NCBI GenBank assembly: GCA_964016885.1
Contig: OZ024741.1
Location: forward strand, 16,616,001-16,680,000
DNA: 64,000 nucleotides
Reading direction: 5' to 3'
From: Eledone cirrhosa
Lineage: Eukaryota
How positions within the stretch are numbered: the first letter of the stretch is position 1; each line of letters starts with the position of its first letter. Both the position numbers and the translations under genes were made by a program. Of this stretch, positions 12,899 through 38,640 are shown one piece after another. Under the pieces are notes generated by a model, which worked only from the letters and a program-made list of their open reading frames with translations, did not search any database and was not told the DNA's origin.

Positions 12899-12971
12899 AC
12901 ATACACATACATACACACACACACATATACATACATATATATATATATCTCTCTAAACACACACAATACAA

Positions 12972-13035
<64 letters not shown>

Positions 13036-13197
13036 GTATACATATATATATACATACACACATATATATATATATATACATACATATATCCATACATTAC
13101 ACAAACATACACATGCATACACAGACCTATACATAAATATACACATATATATATATAAACAGATATAACGCACAAATACACACACCAATATATACAT

Positions 13198-13253
<56 letters not shown>

Positions 13254-13269
13254 GCATACACACACACAT

Positions 13270-13301
<32 letters not shown>

Positions 13302-13390
13302 TTACACACACACACGCGTGCATACACACATACACACACCCACACACAAAATATATATACACACACACATTCTCTCTCTCATGCACATAT

Positions 13391-13460
<70 letters not shown>

Positions 13461-13729
13461 TATACATACATACATGTATGTATATATACACAGACACATA
13501 CAAATACATACATACACACACATACACATACACATACATACATACATATATATATATACATATATATACATATATATATATACACGCATGCATATACATA
13601 TACACATACATATACATACACACACGTACATACACACACACACATATATGTACATATACACTCACAAATACACACACATATATATATACACACATATATA
13701 CATATACATACATACAAACACATACATAT

Positions 13730-13774
<45 letters not shown>

Positions 13775-14093
13775 CACACATATACACACATACACGCACG
13801 CGCACACGTATACATATATATATATACACACATACACATATATATATATATATATATACACATATATATATATATATACACACATAAATATATATATATA
13901 TATATATATATCCATATATATATATATATATATACACATATATATATATACATATACATACACATACATATACATACACACATATATACAGACAAATATA
14001 TACACACACACATATACAAACATACATATACATACACGTACATACACACACACATATACATACACATACATATACGTACATATACATATATAT

Positions 14094-14166
<73 letters not shown>

Positions 14167-14304
14167 TACATATACATACATACACACACATACATACATA
14201 CATGCAAACATAAATACAGACACATACAAACATATACCTGCATAAATATACTCACATAAAACACGTATTCACACAAACATATATATATATACACATATAT
14301 ACAT

Positions 14305-14353
<49 letters not shown>

Positions 14354-14361
14354 TACATATA

Positions 14362-14395
<34 letters not shown>

Positions 14396-14650
14396 CACAT
14401 ACACATACATATATATATACACACACAACACATACACATATACACATATACAAACAAATATATACACATACAAGTAAATAGGTACTCAGTAAATATACGC
14501 ATATACACAGGCACATAAAGACACCTCTACAGGCAGAAAAAGTAGATACAAAAGAGGTACTCACATGACCATAGTGGCCGTATTTCAGGTTGAGGAGGGG
14601 TGGGGGTAGGGTGGGGAGGAGGTATAGGGGCCAATAGGGGGAGGTCGTTT

Positions 14651-16410
14651 TTAGCCATCGGGCTTTAACACTGGCTTAAAGTGTTTGAATGTTGCAAAGT
14701 TCTTGTGCATGCAGTTCGGGCAGTGTTCAGAGAGTTTGTTCAGTAGCGGGCCCTTGGCGAATAAAATTTCGTAACTCTCTGAAATACAAAGGTCGCAGCC
14801 CTTGTGTCCTCCGTCGTAAGAGCGCGCTTTCTGGAGTATTTTCCAATTAAGCGTGAAGGGGGTGGAGTTCCTTTTGAGGTCCCAAACGTAGGAGGCGAGT
14901 GTTGTTTGGTTTGATTTATCCGGTCTTCTGAAGGAGTGGGTATGGGCATACCAGCGGGTCTTAAAGGTGTTGGATGTCATGCCGATGTAAGTTTTTTTGC
15001 AATCCTCGGTGCCCGAGATGACATCGCATTTGTATACGATGTCGTTTGTGAGGCATTTGTTTTCTAGTGGGCATGTTTCCTTATTTAGGCAATTACATAG
15101 AGCCCCAGTCCGGGGATTGGTTTCGGAGGTGGTTGGCTTATTTAGTTTAGAGTTGTGGTTGGCTATATTCCTAGCTAGGTTAGGTGTGGTGGAGTAAGAC
15201 AGTCTTATAGTGTTCTTATTAAAGATGGTGTAGTACCTATGTTGTATGGGGAAGTGTAATTTCAGTAAAGTGAAGAAAATCCTAGCTATCGGAGTAGATA
15301 CCTCTCTATTGAAGGGAGGGTTGTACCAGCTAATCTGCCTATGTCTATTCCTCCTCTGCAATTTTGCGGTGGTTTCTAGGTAAGTTATCTTATCTTTAAA
15401 TCCGCTACGGGCTAGGGCGTCATTGTAGTAGGAGGCAGATGCATTAAAAATATCTTTGTTGGCGGAGAGGCCAGATATTCTAATAGAGACGCTTTTTACT
15501 AGGTTATCAGTAATGTTTTGGGGGTGGTTTGAATTAACATTAATATATTTAAGGGACTCGTTAGGTTTGTGGTACGGGTAATAGAGGGAAGTATCTAGGT
15601 CGAGAGTGACATCTAAGAAGTTGGCCCTAGTCAAATTAGAATCTATAGTAATACTAAATCCTAGATTAGAGAAGAAAGAGCTTAAGTTTTTCCGAAACCC
15701 ATCGGTGGTTCTGGGGCTAACCTTATGCAGGGCGAAGAGGCCGTCGTCTCGGTATAAACCTCCAGTAAGGCCGGTAAAGAGGTTCTTCAGGTTATGTAGG
15801 ATGTACAGGCCCACAAGGTCGCTAATTTCAGCCGAGTCACTCGCCCCCATGCTAACGTCAAATGGGGTCTGAGATTTCTTGTTGATCCAGTAAGATCCAT
15901 CGTGGTATAGAAAGGTCTTACGAGCGTGGAGGATAATAACTTGCTCGGCATCGGTAATGGTGGTAAAATTCCTGGCAAAGTTAATTGCGTCCTTCAGGAG
16001 GGGCTCCGAGATAGAGGCATAGTAGTTTTCTATGTCGAGTTGCAGGAAGCGAGTGTGGTGTTTATCGGGTAATTCTTGGAACCATGATATTGCCTCAGAT
16101 GTTCCACTCCAGAGTGGAAGTGGTGAGGCCGCCCGCAATAATGGTAGAACTCTATCCAGGATCTTCTTACTGATAGAGCCGATGTCAGAGCGAGTTGGGT
16201 TGATAAGTCTGACTGAAGGTTTGTTGAGGAAGTTTCCCTTATGGTCCTTCAGGGTAAAGTGCGGGGTCTTTACCCTTAAAGGTTCGGTTCGGTCATGTAA
16301 TTTAAGGGACTTGGCGATTTCTTTTCCGGCCGCGTTTGTCTCAGTCAGCGCCCTCTCTATTACCTTTTTGTAGGTGGTCGTGATGGTATTTTTTGCCAGC
16401 TTATTGTAGG
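14651..16410 (-). pseudogene. PLE RT + GIY-YIG endonuclease, N-terminus missing
   Basis: FLQLDIENYY, SMGA, GLYRDDGL, NFLDVTLDL, CNCLNKETCPLENKC, VYKC..TYIGMT..FKTRW..H, CDLC. Closely similar to the ORF at 60803. Confidence 0.92.
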
Positions 16411-16439
16411 TATATATATATATTTGCCAGCTTATTGTG

Positions 16440-16478
<39 letters not shown>

Positions 16479-16591
16479 TGTATATGTGTGCGTATGTATA
16501 TGTGTATATGTATTTTATATATGTATGTATGTATGTATGTATGTGTGTATGTATGTGCGTGTACATGAATATATATTTGTATATATTTATA

Positions 16592-16629
<38 letters not shown>

Positions 16630-17258
16630 TATGTGTGTGTGTTTTTATGTGTGTATTTGTGTTTATGTGTGTGTTTATGGTTGCGCGTAAGTGTGTGAGT
16701 GAGTATGTGTGTTTTTTTGGGTTTTTTTTTTTTGGGGTTTTTTTTAGGTGTGGTTTTTTTTTGTTTTTCTGGTTTTTTGGTTTTTTGGGGTTTTTTTTGT
16801 TTTTTTGTGAATGTGTCTGTTGATTTGGCATATTGTTGATTAGTTTAAGAGAAGTTCGAAGATAATAGTAAGATATGCACTCAGTATTTTGAATCTGTCT
16901 GCAGAATTCCCTAGACCTTTGTCACTTAGCAGAACTTAATGACTTTAGCTTTTAAAGAATCTCCCTTTTCTTTAATTCTATCGAGCATGAATGACCCCCC
17001 ACTGATTTTATAGACATCTGCTAGCTTAAGAGAAACTTATTGACAAGGAATGGTATGCCATCGGGAACTTGTTTATAGATTTCTGTCTGCCTTTGTTACT
17101 CTAAAAACATAAATAAATATAAATTAACTATAGCTATGTAGAATTAGCCTTTAATGAATTCCCTTCTCTATCAACCAATGACCTGCACCCATCCCACTCC
17201 CCACCCTCTCCTACCACTTGTAGAGACCTATAAATACCATATTTATTTTTTGATACCC

Positions 17259-17309
17259 AGATTCCTGATGATTTCTAATGAATGAAACAGTTCTAGTCCT
17301 GTAGAATCT
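17259..17309 (+). ncRNA. Type I hammerhead ribozyme in the inverted PLE-1 pLTR
   Basis: Stem I AGATTC/GAATCT, core CTGATGA...GAAA, stem III CAG/CTG, GUA cleavage triplet. Confidence 0.8.
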
Positions 17310-17394
17310 CTTCTATATTAAAACTATTATACTCAGCTATGTATTGAGTACCTTACTTACTGTGGTTACCTCCGATTCAACCCGGAATAACGTA

Positions 17395-30805
<13,411 letters not shown>

Positions 30806-31601
30806 TTTGCCCACTCGACAATAGATGCAGAGACCGTAATGTGATCTACCAGTGCAACGTGAGAACGGATACCTCCAACAAAGCCTATATAGGACTTACC
30901 GCATGTGACTTCAAGACCCGGCTATACAACATAGACATACCTTCCGAAACCCGGCCCGGCGTCACGCCACTACACTTTCGGGCCACATATGGGACCTCAA
31001 GGACAACAACATCACCTATGATCTCACTTGGAGATTACTGTCCAGAGCCAATTCTTACACGGGAGGACGCCGTCCGTTGCAATTTATGCTCGGAGGAAAC
31101 TTTACAAATGCTGTTTTCGACGGACCAACTCCTAAACAAGAAAGATGAACTGGTTACTGCATGTAAACATAGATTGCGTAGGACTTACCTCGCCCTCAAA
31201 CCCCATAATGACCCGGGGGGGTAGACTAGGGCTATAACACCCCACTTGCCGATTTTGCAATGGGTAACCCCTGCTTGCCAAGGGAGACGTAAGATCTTCT
31301 TTGTATTCTTTTATTGCTTCCTTTATTTCCTTCCTTCCCCCCTCTCTCCTTAGTCCTTCTACCCCAGCTCTTCTCCTTGTCGGCGTCTTTTCTCGCCCAC
31401 CCGAGGCTGCCCTTTGGCCCCTTGTAGCCTTTGTACCCCCACCCCCTCCCCTAGTCTAGGATAGATTTGGCGGACTCCGCCCTTTATAGCAGTTGGTTTA
31501 GACCCCGGATACTTGTCCCTTTTTCCGACCGCTCCCACTATTCTCTGTGCCCTCTATATTTCTTAGTGGCACTTATGCCTTATTTTTTCGTTTCAGTATT
31601 T
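30806..31601 (+). mobile_element. Naiad-like PLE 3' fragment (GIY-YIG domain + 3' UTR), cut by the assembly gap
   Basis: CPLDNRC..VIYQC..AYIGLT..FKTRLYN, then frameshifted, CNLC..E, ending KPHNDPGG* at 31224. Confidence 0.85.
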
Positions 31602-31801
31602 NNNNNNNNNNNNNNNNNNNNNNNNNNNNNNNNNNNNNNNNNNNNNNNNNNNNNNNNNNNNNNNNNNNNNNNNNNNNNNNNNNNNNNNNNNNNNNNNNNN
31701 NNNNNNNNNNNNNNNNNNNNNNNNNNNNNNNNNNNNNNNNNNNNNNNNNNNNNNNNNNNNNNNNNNNNNNNNNNNNNNNNNNNNNNNNNNNNNNNNNNNN
31801 N
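31602..31801. other. Assembly gap (200 N)
   Basis: Run of N. Confidence 1.
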
Positions 31802-31974
31802 TGTTGTTATTTCTGTTTACATTTTACATACATATATATATCAATGCTTACGTGGACCTCTCAAGATTCGTTGGATTTTCACCCCAAAACTGGATGCCAA
31901 CCCTGAGTACACCTGAACTTCCACCAGGAAATCTTTCGCATCATTGAAATTTTCTTTGCTTCTTATATATTATA

Positions 31975-33569
31975 CAGTGGCGGACATGGAAGTAAGAACA
32001 CTTTTTATTTTGCATGTAACTTTTTAGTTATTTTGTTTCTGTAACTTTGCAATATGCCAAAAGAAGGAGAAATAATTTCTCTATTGCTATCTCTGTTATT
32101 AAGCCAATTAGTAAAGCGAACCAGTTTTTATGGCTCATTAACGCAATTATAGCAAGATTTTGGCGGACGTGGAAGTAAGAACACTTTGCATTTCCTATGT
32201 TTACTTTCTTCATAGCTACTCTAGCAAATTTTAGATTTGTATAATAAAATATGATGTTATATATGACATTTTTCTTTTTTCCAGCATTTTATTATTATGG
32301 GGAGAAAAAGAGATTTGAGTCCTACTAAACGGGCACGGATCATCGAGTTGAGAAAGTTGAATTTTTCCTTCCGCGTGATTTCTAAGATGACAACATGCAG
32401 CTCCACTGCTTGTATTCAAGCCTGGCGCACTTGGGAACGTACAGGATCATACAAATCGAAGCCAAAACCAGGACCAAGTCGAAAAACGGACGATCGCCAG
32501 GATAGAGCGATTGGCCGGTCATCAGAAAATGACCGAAAAAAGACTGCTGTCGAGATCTGCTCCGAAGTGAACACTTCCCACATCTCGGATATCTCAGTCA
32601 GAACTGTCCGTCGTCGTCTGCGCGAAATCGGACTCAATGGTCGCATCGCCAGACGTGTTCCGCTCATCTCACTCGCCAACCGTCGCAAACGACTTGCATT
32701 CGCATACAAATAACTCGCATAGACACCCGTTGATTGGCGCACAGTCCTATTTTCAGATGAAAGTCTATTCACCATGGTCGGATCAGATGGCAAGACTTAT
32801 GTCAGAAGGAGAACACACGAGGAATTCGATGATCGGTGTTCTCAAAAAACGGTGAAACATGGTGGAAAATCGATCATGTTCTGGGGTGCATTTTCGGCTA
32901 TGGGCACCGGTCCCCTTGTTCCCATTTCCGGCAGTATGAACCAGAACACTTATGTCAAGATCCTGGAAGACCATTTGGAGCCCTATGTTGATGAAAATAT
33001 GCCTTTAAATTGGCAATTTGTGCAAGACAATGCCCCGTGTCATTCTGCAAAGTCGGTTAAGCAATTTTTTCATGAGAAAAAATGGAAGGTCATCGATTGG
33101 CCTCCTCAATCGCCAGACTTAAATTGTATAGAAAACCTGTGGCATTTAATAAAGCGCGAAATTCGCCATCAAAACACAAAAAACTTTCACAATCTGATGG
33201 CCACCATCAACCTGACATGGAACAACTTCAGTTTGGACCAATGCATGAAATTAGTGGAAAGTATGCCTAGAAGATGTACTGCCGTGATCAAACAGAAAGG
33301 ATATGCCACCAAATATTGATTTCGACCATAATTCGAGCATTAAATGAAATAAAATAAAAGTGTTCTTACTTCCATGTCCGCCAAAATGTGGCTATAATTG
33401 CGTTAACGAGTCATAAGAACTGGCCTATTTGACTAATTGGCTTAATAACAGAGATAGCGATAGCGAAATTATTTCTCTTTCTTTAGGTATATTGCAAAGT
33501 TGCAGAAACGAAATATCAAAAAAGTTACATGCAAAATAAAAAGTGTTCTTACTTCCATGTCCGCCACTG
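31975..33569 (+). mobile_element. Tc1 DNA transposon with ~213-bp IR/DR terminal inverted repeats and TA target duplication
   Basis: TA|CAGTGGCGGACATGGAAGTAAGAACAC ... GTGTTCTTACTTCCATGTCCGCCACTG|TA. Inner direct repeats at 32161-32187 and 33357-33383. Confidence 0.95.
32297..33319 (+). pseudogene. Tc1 transposase (DD34E) with two in-frame stops near 32711-32722
   Basis: HTH region, VLFSDES, FVQDNAPCH, WPPQSPDLNCIE with 34 residues between D and E. Both ORF-track pieces are in the same frame. Confidence 0.93.
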
Positions 33570-33895
33570 TATATACTTGTCGGCCATTGCAAGGGGCCAT
33601 AACCACCGCCATTACCAGCATAAAGCAAACAATTATTATTGTATAGAAGCTGAACTGATCTGGGAAAGGTCAACAGTTGACATATTGATTTTGATTTTGT
33701 ATTTGTATCAGTACTGCCAGTAATATATATATATATATATGTGTGTTTGTGAGTGGTGTGTGTGTTTGTATGCATGAATGAGTGTTGGTATGTGAGTGGC
33801 GTGTGTGTGGTTGTGGTTTGTATGCATGAGTGTTGGTGTGTGAGTGTGTACATCGTGTCAATAAGTTTTTTGGGGTTTTTTGTTTTATTTAATGA

Positions 33896-34074
33896 CCATG
33901 CTGTAAAATGGAGGGCTAGAGGGGGCCCTTGAGTCTAGTAAGACATCCTCTCTAGTGCTGGTGGCACAAACAAAAGCACCCAGTCCATGCTGTAAAGTGG
34001 TGCTGGTGTTAGGAAGGGCATCCAACCAGTGTATCAATGCCAAAACGCTTATCAGCACAGCAACAAATAGGAAC

Positions 34075-34084
<10 letters not shown>
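33896..34084 (+). mobile_element. Diverged RTE/SINE 3' tail fragment ending in (CAA)n
   Basis: Shares AAAAGCACCCAG..CTGTAAAGTGG..GGTGTTAGGAAGGGCATCCA with the RTE-A, RTE-B and SINE tails. Confidence 0.65.
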
Positions 34085-34138
<54 letters not shown>

Positions 34139-34327
34139 ATATATATAAAATATATATATATGTATATATAGAAGAGGCCCTTTGACGCTGAAATTTGTTT
34201 GTTTAAACTCATATGATTCCAGTTCCTCAGTGAAATAACAACCCAACCAGGAACTGGGCATATCAGAGTATTGACAAAGTTATACACCTCAACAACATGT
34301 GTACTCGTCTCTACCACACTAATTCGG

Positions 34328-34389
34328 ACTGCCTGAAGAGGTCACTGCCAAAAATAGCTGTCACCGAAATCCGAAATATATATAGCAGT
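34328..34389 (+). ncRNA. Minimal hammerhead ribozyme, PLE-2 5' pLTR
   Basis: ACTGC-CTGAAGA-gg..cc-GAAA-TATATA-TA-GCAGT; palindromic stem III. Confidence 0.7.
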
Positions 34390-34593
34390 AATAAACGAAG
34401 CCAAATTTTAAACATTTGACTTATTTATTTAACTTTATTTTACATTACTCCGGAGTAACCAAACCAACCTGCGCACTTCGTTGAGTGCTCCAATCTGCAT
34501 ACTGAGGTGTTGGTATACAACCAGCATATACTCAAAATTTATCTAGCTCCCCCATCGGTTGAGCGCTTCAAACAGTAGCGGACTTAAGTCAGT

Positions 34594-37181
34594 ATGGAAA
34601 AACTGGCAACCTTAACGTCACTGAAGGACATCCCCCTACTTGACAAACGAGAATACACCAGTGATCTCATCAAGAGTATGGACTCCCTCGTCCGTAGGAT
34701 GAGATGGAAGGCGTTCCACTTCGAAAGAGGAACGCAAAAAATTACCAACACACAAAACATGGAGTACCTTTCTCAATCAAGGATGAATCCCCCCCACAAC
34801 AGACTAATAGAGGAGTTTGAAAACGAGATGATTAACATCATATCTCATATCCAACCTCAAATTCTCCAGAAACCCAACCAGAAATCAGGAGTACCTCAGA
34901 CCGGATTACAGTACTTAAAGAGACAACTTGAATACTTGTCTATGCTGACAAAACCAACAACCTCTACAACATGAACACTGAACTGTATAATAAGCTAATT
35001 CTCAGAGAACTGAGGAAGTGCTACAAAAAACACCTGGATTTACCTTGGATGAGATCAATGCCACAGCTTACAGGATTATAACTGGACTCGGTATAGAGGA
35101 CAGGACGGCCCCATACCAACCAAGGGAGCTGCGGATTACCCTTAAAGATCACAAGCCAAACTTTGAGTCCGACCTCCCTGTCAGACTAATAGCCCCCTCC
35201 AGATCTGACCAAGGGATCATCAGTAAAAGAATACTAGATATGATTTTGCCCAAGCTTCGGAAAAAAAACTAGATTACAGCAATAGTCATGCACGGGAGAA
35301 GTAATAGAATGGTTTAAGATACTACATGAGAAAAGTAAGACCAGCTTTATACAACTGGACATCGCAAGCTACTACTCCTCAATCTCACCCATAGTACTCA
35401 ATAAGGCCCTATTTTTAGCGATGTCCAATACGGACCTAACCTGAGAGGAGGTGAGCATCATCCATGCCGCAAGAAAGACCTTATTCCGTTTCAATGGAGA
35501 CCTTTGGACCAGGAGTGATTGGCCAAATAAGGATGGGCTCCAGCAACTCAGCACAGGTAACGGACCTGGTTGGGCTCTTCCTGCTGAAGCAGATAAAAGA
35601 TCAAATCCCCTGCCTGGGCGGCGGATTATATCGTGACGATGCTCTCTTCACAGTATATGACCACAGCACCAATATGTTGGAGGGAATGAGGAGGCGTATT
35701 CGCCATTTCTTTAAGAACCAGGGGCTCAGTATAGAACTAGACCCAAATAGAAAGGTAGTTAACTTCCTAGACACCACCCTAAACCTGAACACCGAATAAT
35801 ACTACCCCTACCACAAGCCCAATGAGAAACTTGTGTATGTTAACGCCAAGTCAAACCACCCTAGATCCATAACCAAGGCCGTGGTGAAGACTGTCTCGGA
35901 CAGGATCTCCACAAGTAAGGAAATCTTGGCTAACAACGCGGAATATTACAACACAGCTCTAAATAAGGCGGTACATGGCCAAAATATAACATATAGTCCA
36001 AAACGCCGTTTTGGACTATATGTTATAGACACCCACACAATACAGGCAGAACAGAAACAAATAGGTACCATGAGCCCGACACCACCACAAGTGACAAGTA
36101 TGCTTAACCATGTGATGAAACCCAATATGAGTAGCAATTTCAGGGGCGACGACCCCACAACCGCAGGACACGTGGGGGTGGCAACAGGGGACCACCCCAC
36201 GGTAGATCACCCAGTGCAGGCAACGACCACCCTACAGATTCGGGCCCATGAAGATAGCAAAACGCATAGCGCCCAAAGGGGAAGTAACAATGCGGGAACC
36301 ACCAGCAACCCAACAAATCTCCAACAACTCACGACGCCCTGACCCACACATATAGGAGGAGACACAGAAAAATCACGTGGTACAACCCACCCTACTCAGC
36401 AGCCTTAAAGAACAGCTTGGCCCAATCATTCTTTGGAGCACTTGATAAATGCTTCCCGAGGGACCATAGATACCACAAGATCTTCAACAGACACACTGTG
36501 AAGCTCTCGTATTCCACCACGAGAAATCTGGCCCAACACATAGCTAGCATCAACAGGAGTAGGCTTAAAAACCACACACAACCAGAAGATGGCAATACAA
36601 GCACTCAGCAGAACCATGTGAAAGGAGAGAAGGGGGGACCCAGTGCCCACCCAAGAGACCCAAACAGACCCCCCCCCCCACCGTGCCTGGGGGAAGACCA
36701 CCATGTAGCACCTAACAGGAACCCCAATCTAGGCACGCAGAGGTCGACCACCCTCTGCAACTGCAGAAACCCCGAATCATGCCCCCTTGGTAATGAATGC
36801 CTTAAGAAGAACCTAGTATACGGTTGTAGGGTTAAAACCCCCAACTCCGAACACCTCTACATAGGAGCCACATCAACGAGCTTTAAAGACCGCTGGTATA
36901 ACCATCGCCATTCCTTCAATAAGGAAGCCAAAAGCAAAAGTACGGCTCTCTCCGACCTGATCTGGAAGCTTAAGCTGGACAGGACCCCGTACTCTCTGGC
37001 CTGGTCCATAATCAGGAAAGTACCACCCGATAAAGAGGGATCTGGCATATGCAAGCTATGTCTGAACGAGACCCTCGAGATACTAAGAGGTGGAAGCGGC
37101 CTGATAAACCTCAGAACCGACTTCTTCGGCACATGCAGACACCTCAGGGCCGGGACCTTCCTCAAGATATATGGACAGTAG
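34594..37181 (+). pseudogene. PLE-2 RT + GIY-YIG with several frameshifts/stops and low-complexity insertions
   Basis: SLKDIP, RRMRWKAFHF, TLKDHK, GLYRDDAL, NFLDTTLNL, WYNPPYS, CNCRNPESCPLGNEC, LYIGAT..FKDRW..H, CKLC. Confidence 0.9.
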
Positions 37182-38496
37182 CAACACAATAAGATGTGAA
37201 CTCCCCTCAAGCTATAGGGACTTCTCCAGAACATGTAGACACCTCTCGGCCAGACCTCCCTCAAGCTATATGGGTAGTAACAACACCATAGGTTGGGAAC
37301 TCCCCTCAAACCATAGGGACCAACCCAGGCTGAGCAGACACCATGATAGTCTAGAGATTGATTCCGACACAGCCTTTATAATTTGGCCAACATCTTTATA
37401 ACACACACACATTTTACTTTACTTGATTTTTGATTTTTCATTATTCATTTGTTATTTGTTTTCTGTTTTCTTCACTTTATCACCTTATATTTAAGTTGAG
37501 ATTGGTTATAACACACACACATTTTATTTGATTATCCTATTTCACTTTATTCTTTTACTATCTTGTTCCACCTACCACTTTATCCAACATATTTCTGACC
37601 TTGAGATTGGTTATAGTACACACACACACATTTTATCTTATTTTATTTGAATCTTCATTTTTATTTTTCACTTTTCATTTTCATTCTCCATTTTCAGTTT
37701 TCATTACTTTTCATTAATTTTTCATTTATTCTTTATTCTCTATTTATTATTTATTTTCTGTTTTCTTCATTTTATTGCCTCTATTTCTTCATATACATGG
37801 CAGAATCCCCCCCCCCTCCCACCACCACCACCACCACCACAGGAGATGGTGGCAGGAGGGATGAAGAAACACACACACAGATACTTTTAAATTGTCAGCA
37901 GCAGCAAGACATAACCTGAGCACAACACCAACAACACTACCAAAATAAGGGTAGAGGTCAGATGTACTTAACAATAGCAAACACAAACACTACAGGGAGC
38001 CTCACCCCAGAAAGAATTTCTATAGACTTTGGACTGAGGAATGCTCTCAAAACTGACCAATGGGAAGAGTGACCTTACAAATCTTTATAACATAGAGATG
38101 GGTATAACACACACACACACACACATTTTATTTTATTTTGTCCCTTTACCATCTTATTCTTTCTACCACTTTATCATTTTTTTGAGCTGACTCCAACAAC
38201 AACACCACTACCAACATAAGAATAGAGGTCAGGTGTACCTAACAATAACAAGAACAACAACTACAGATTGGCTTGCCTCAGAACGAATTTCTATATACTT
38301 TTGACTTAGGAATGTTCTAACAACTGACCAATGAGAGGAGAAGAGGCCCTTTGATGCTGAAATTCGTTTGTTTAAACTCATATGATTCCAGTTCCTCAGT
38401 GAAATAACAACCCAACCAGGAACTGGGCATTTCAGAGTATTGACAAAGTTATACACCTCAACAACATGTGTACTCGTCTCTACCACACTAATTCGG

Positions 38497-38558
38497 ACTG
38501 CCTGAAGAGGTCACAGCCAAAAATGGCTGTCACCGAAATCCGAAATATATATAGCAGT
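38497..38558 (+). ncRNA. Minimal hammerhead ribozyme, PLE-2 3' pLTR
   Basis: Same motif; stem II contains ACAGCC-aaaaat-GGCTGT. Confidence 0.72.
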
Positions 38559-38640
38559 AATAAACGAAGCCAAATTTTAAACATTTGACTTATTTATTTT
38601 ATTTTATTTTATATATATATTATATATATATATATATATA

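Larger units (their letters stand above)
11424..17394 (-). mobile_element. Penelope-like element, family 1 (Naiad-like), 5'-truncated, with an inverted pLTR copy at its 5' end
   Basis: RT/GIY-YIG coding 14651-16410 (-). Long microsatellite 3' UTR. Terminal segment 11424-~12310 is repeated inverted at ~16442-17330 plus a ~60-bp extension matching 60693-60756. Confidence 0.9.
34171..38610 (+). mobile_element. Penelope-like element, family 2 (Naiad-like), full-length but decayed, with direct pLTRs
   Basis: Direct repeats at 34171-34442 and 38340-38610; fragmented ORF between them; (TA)n flanks. Confidence 0.9.
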
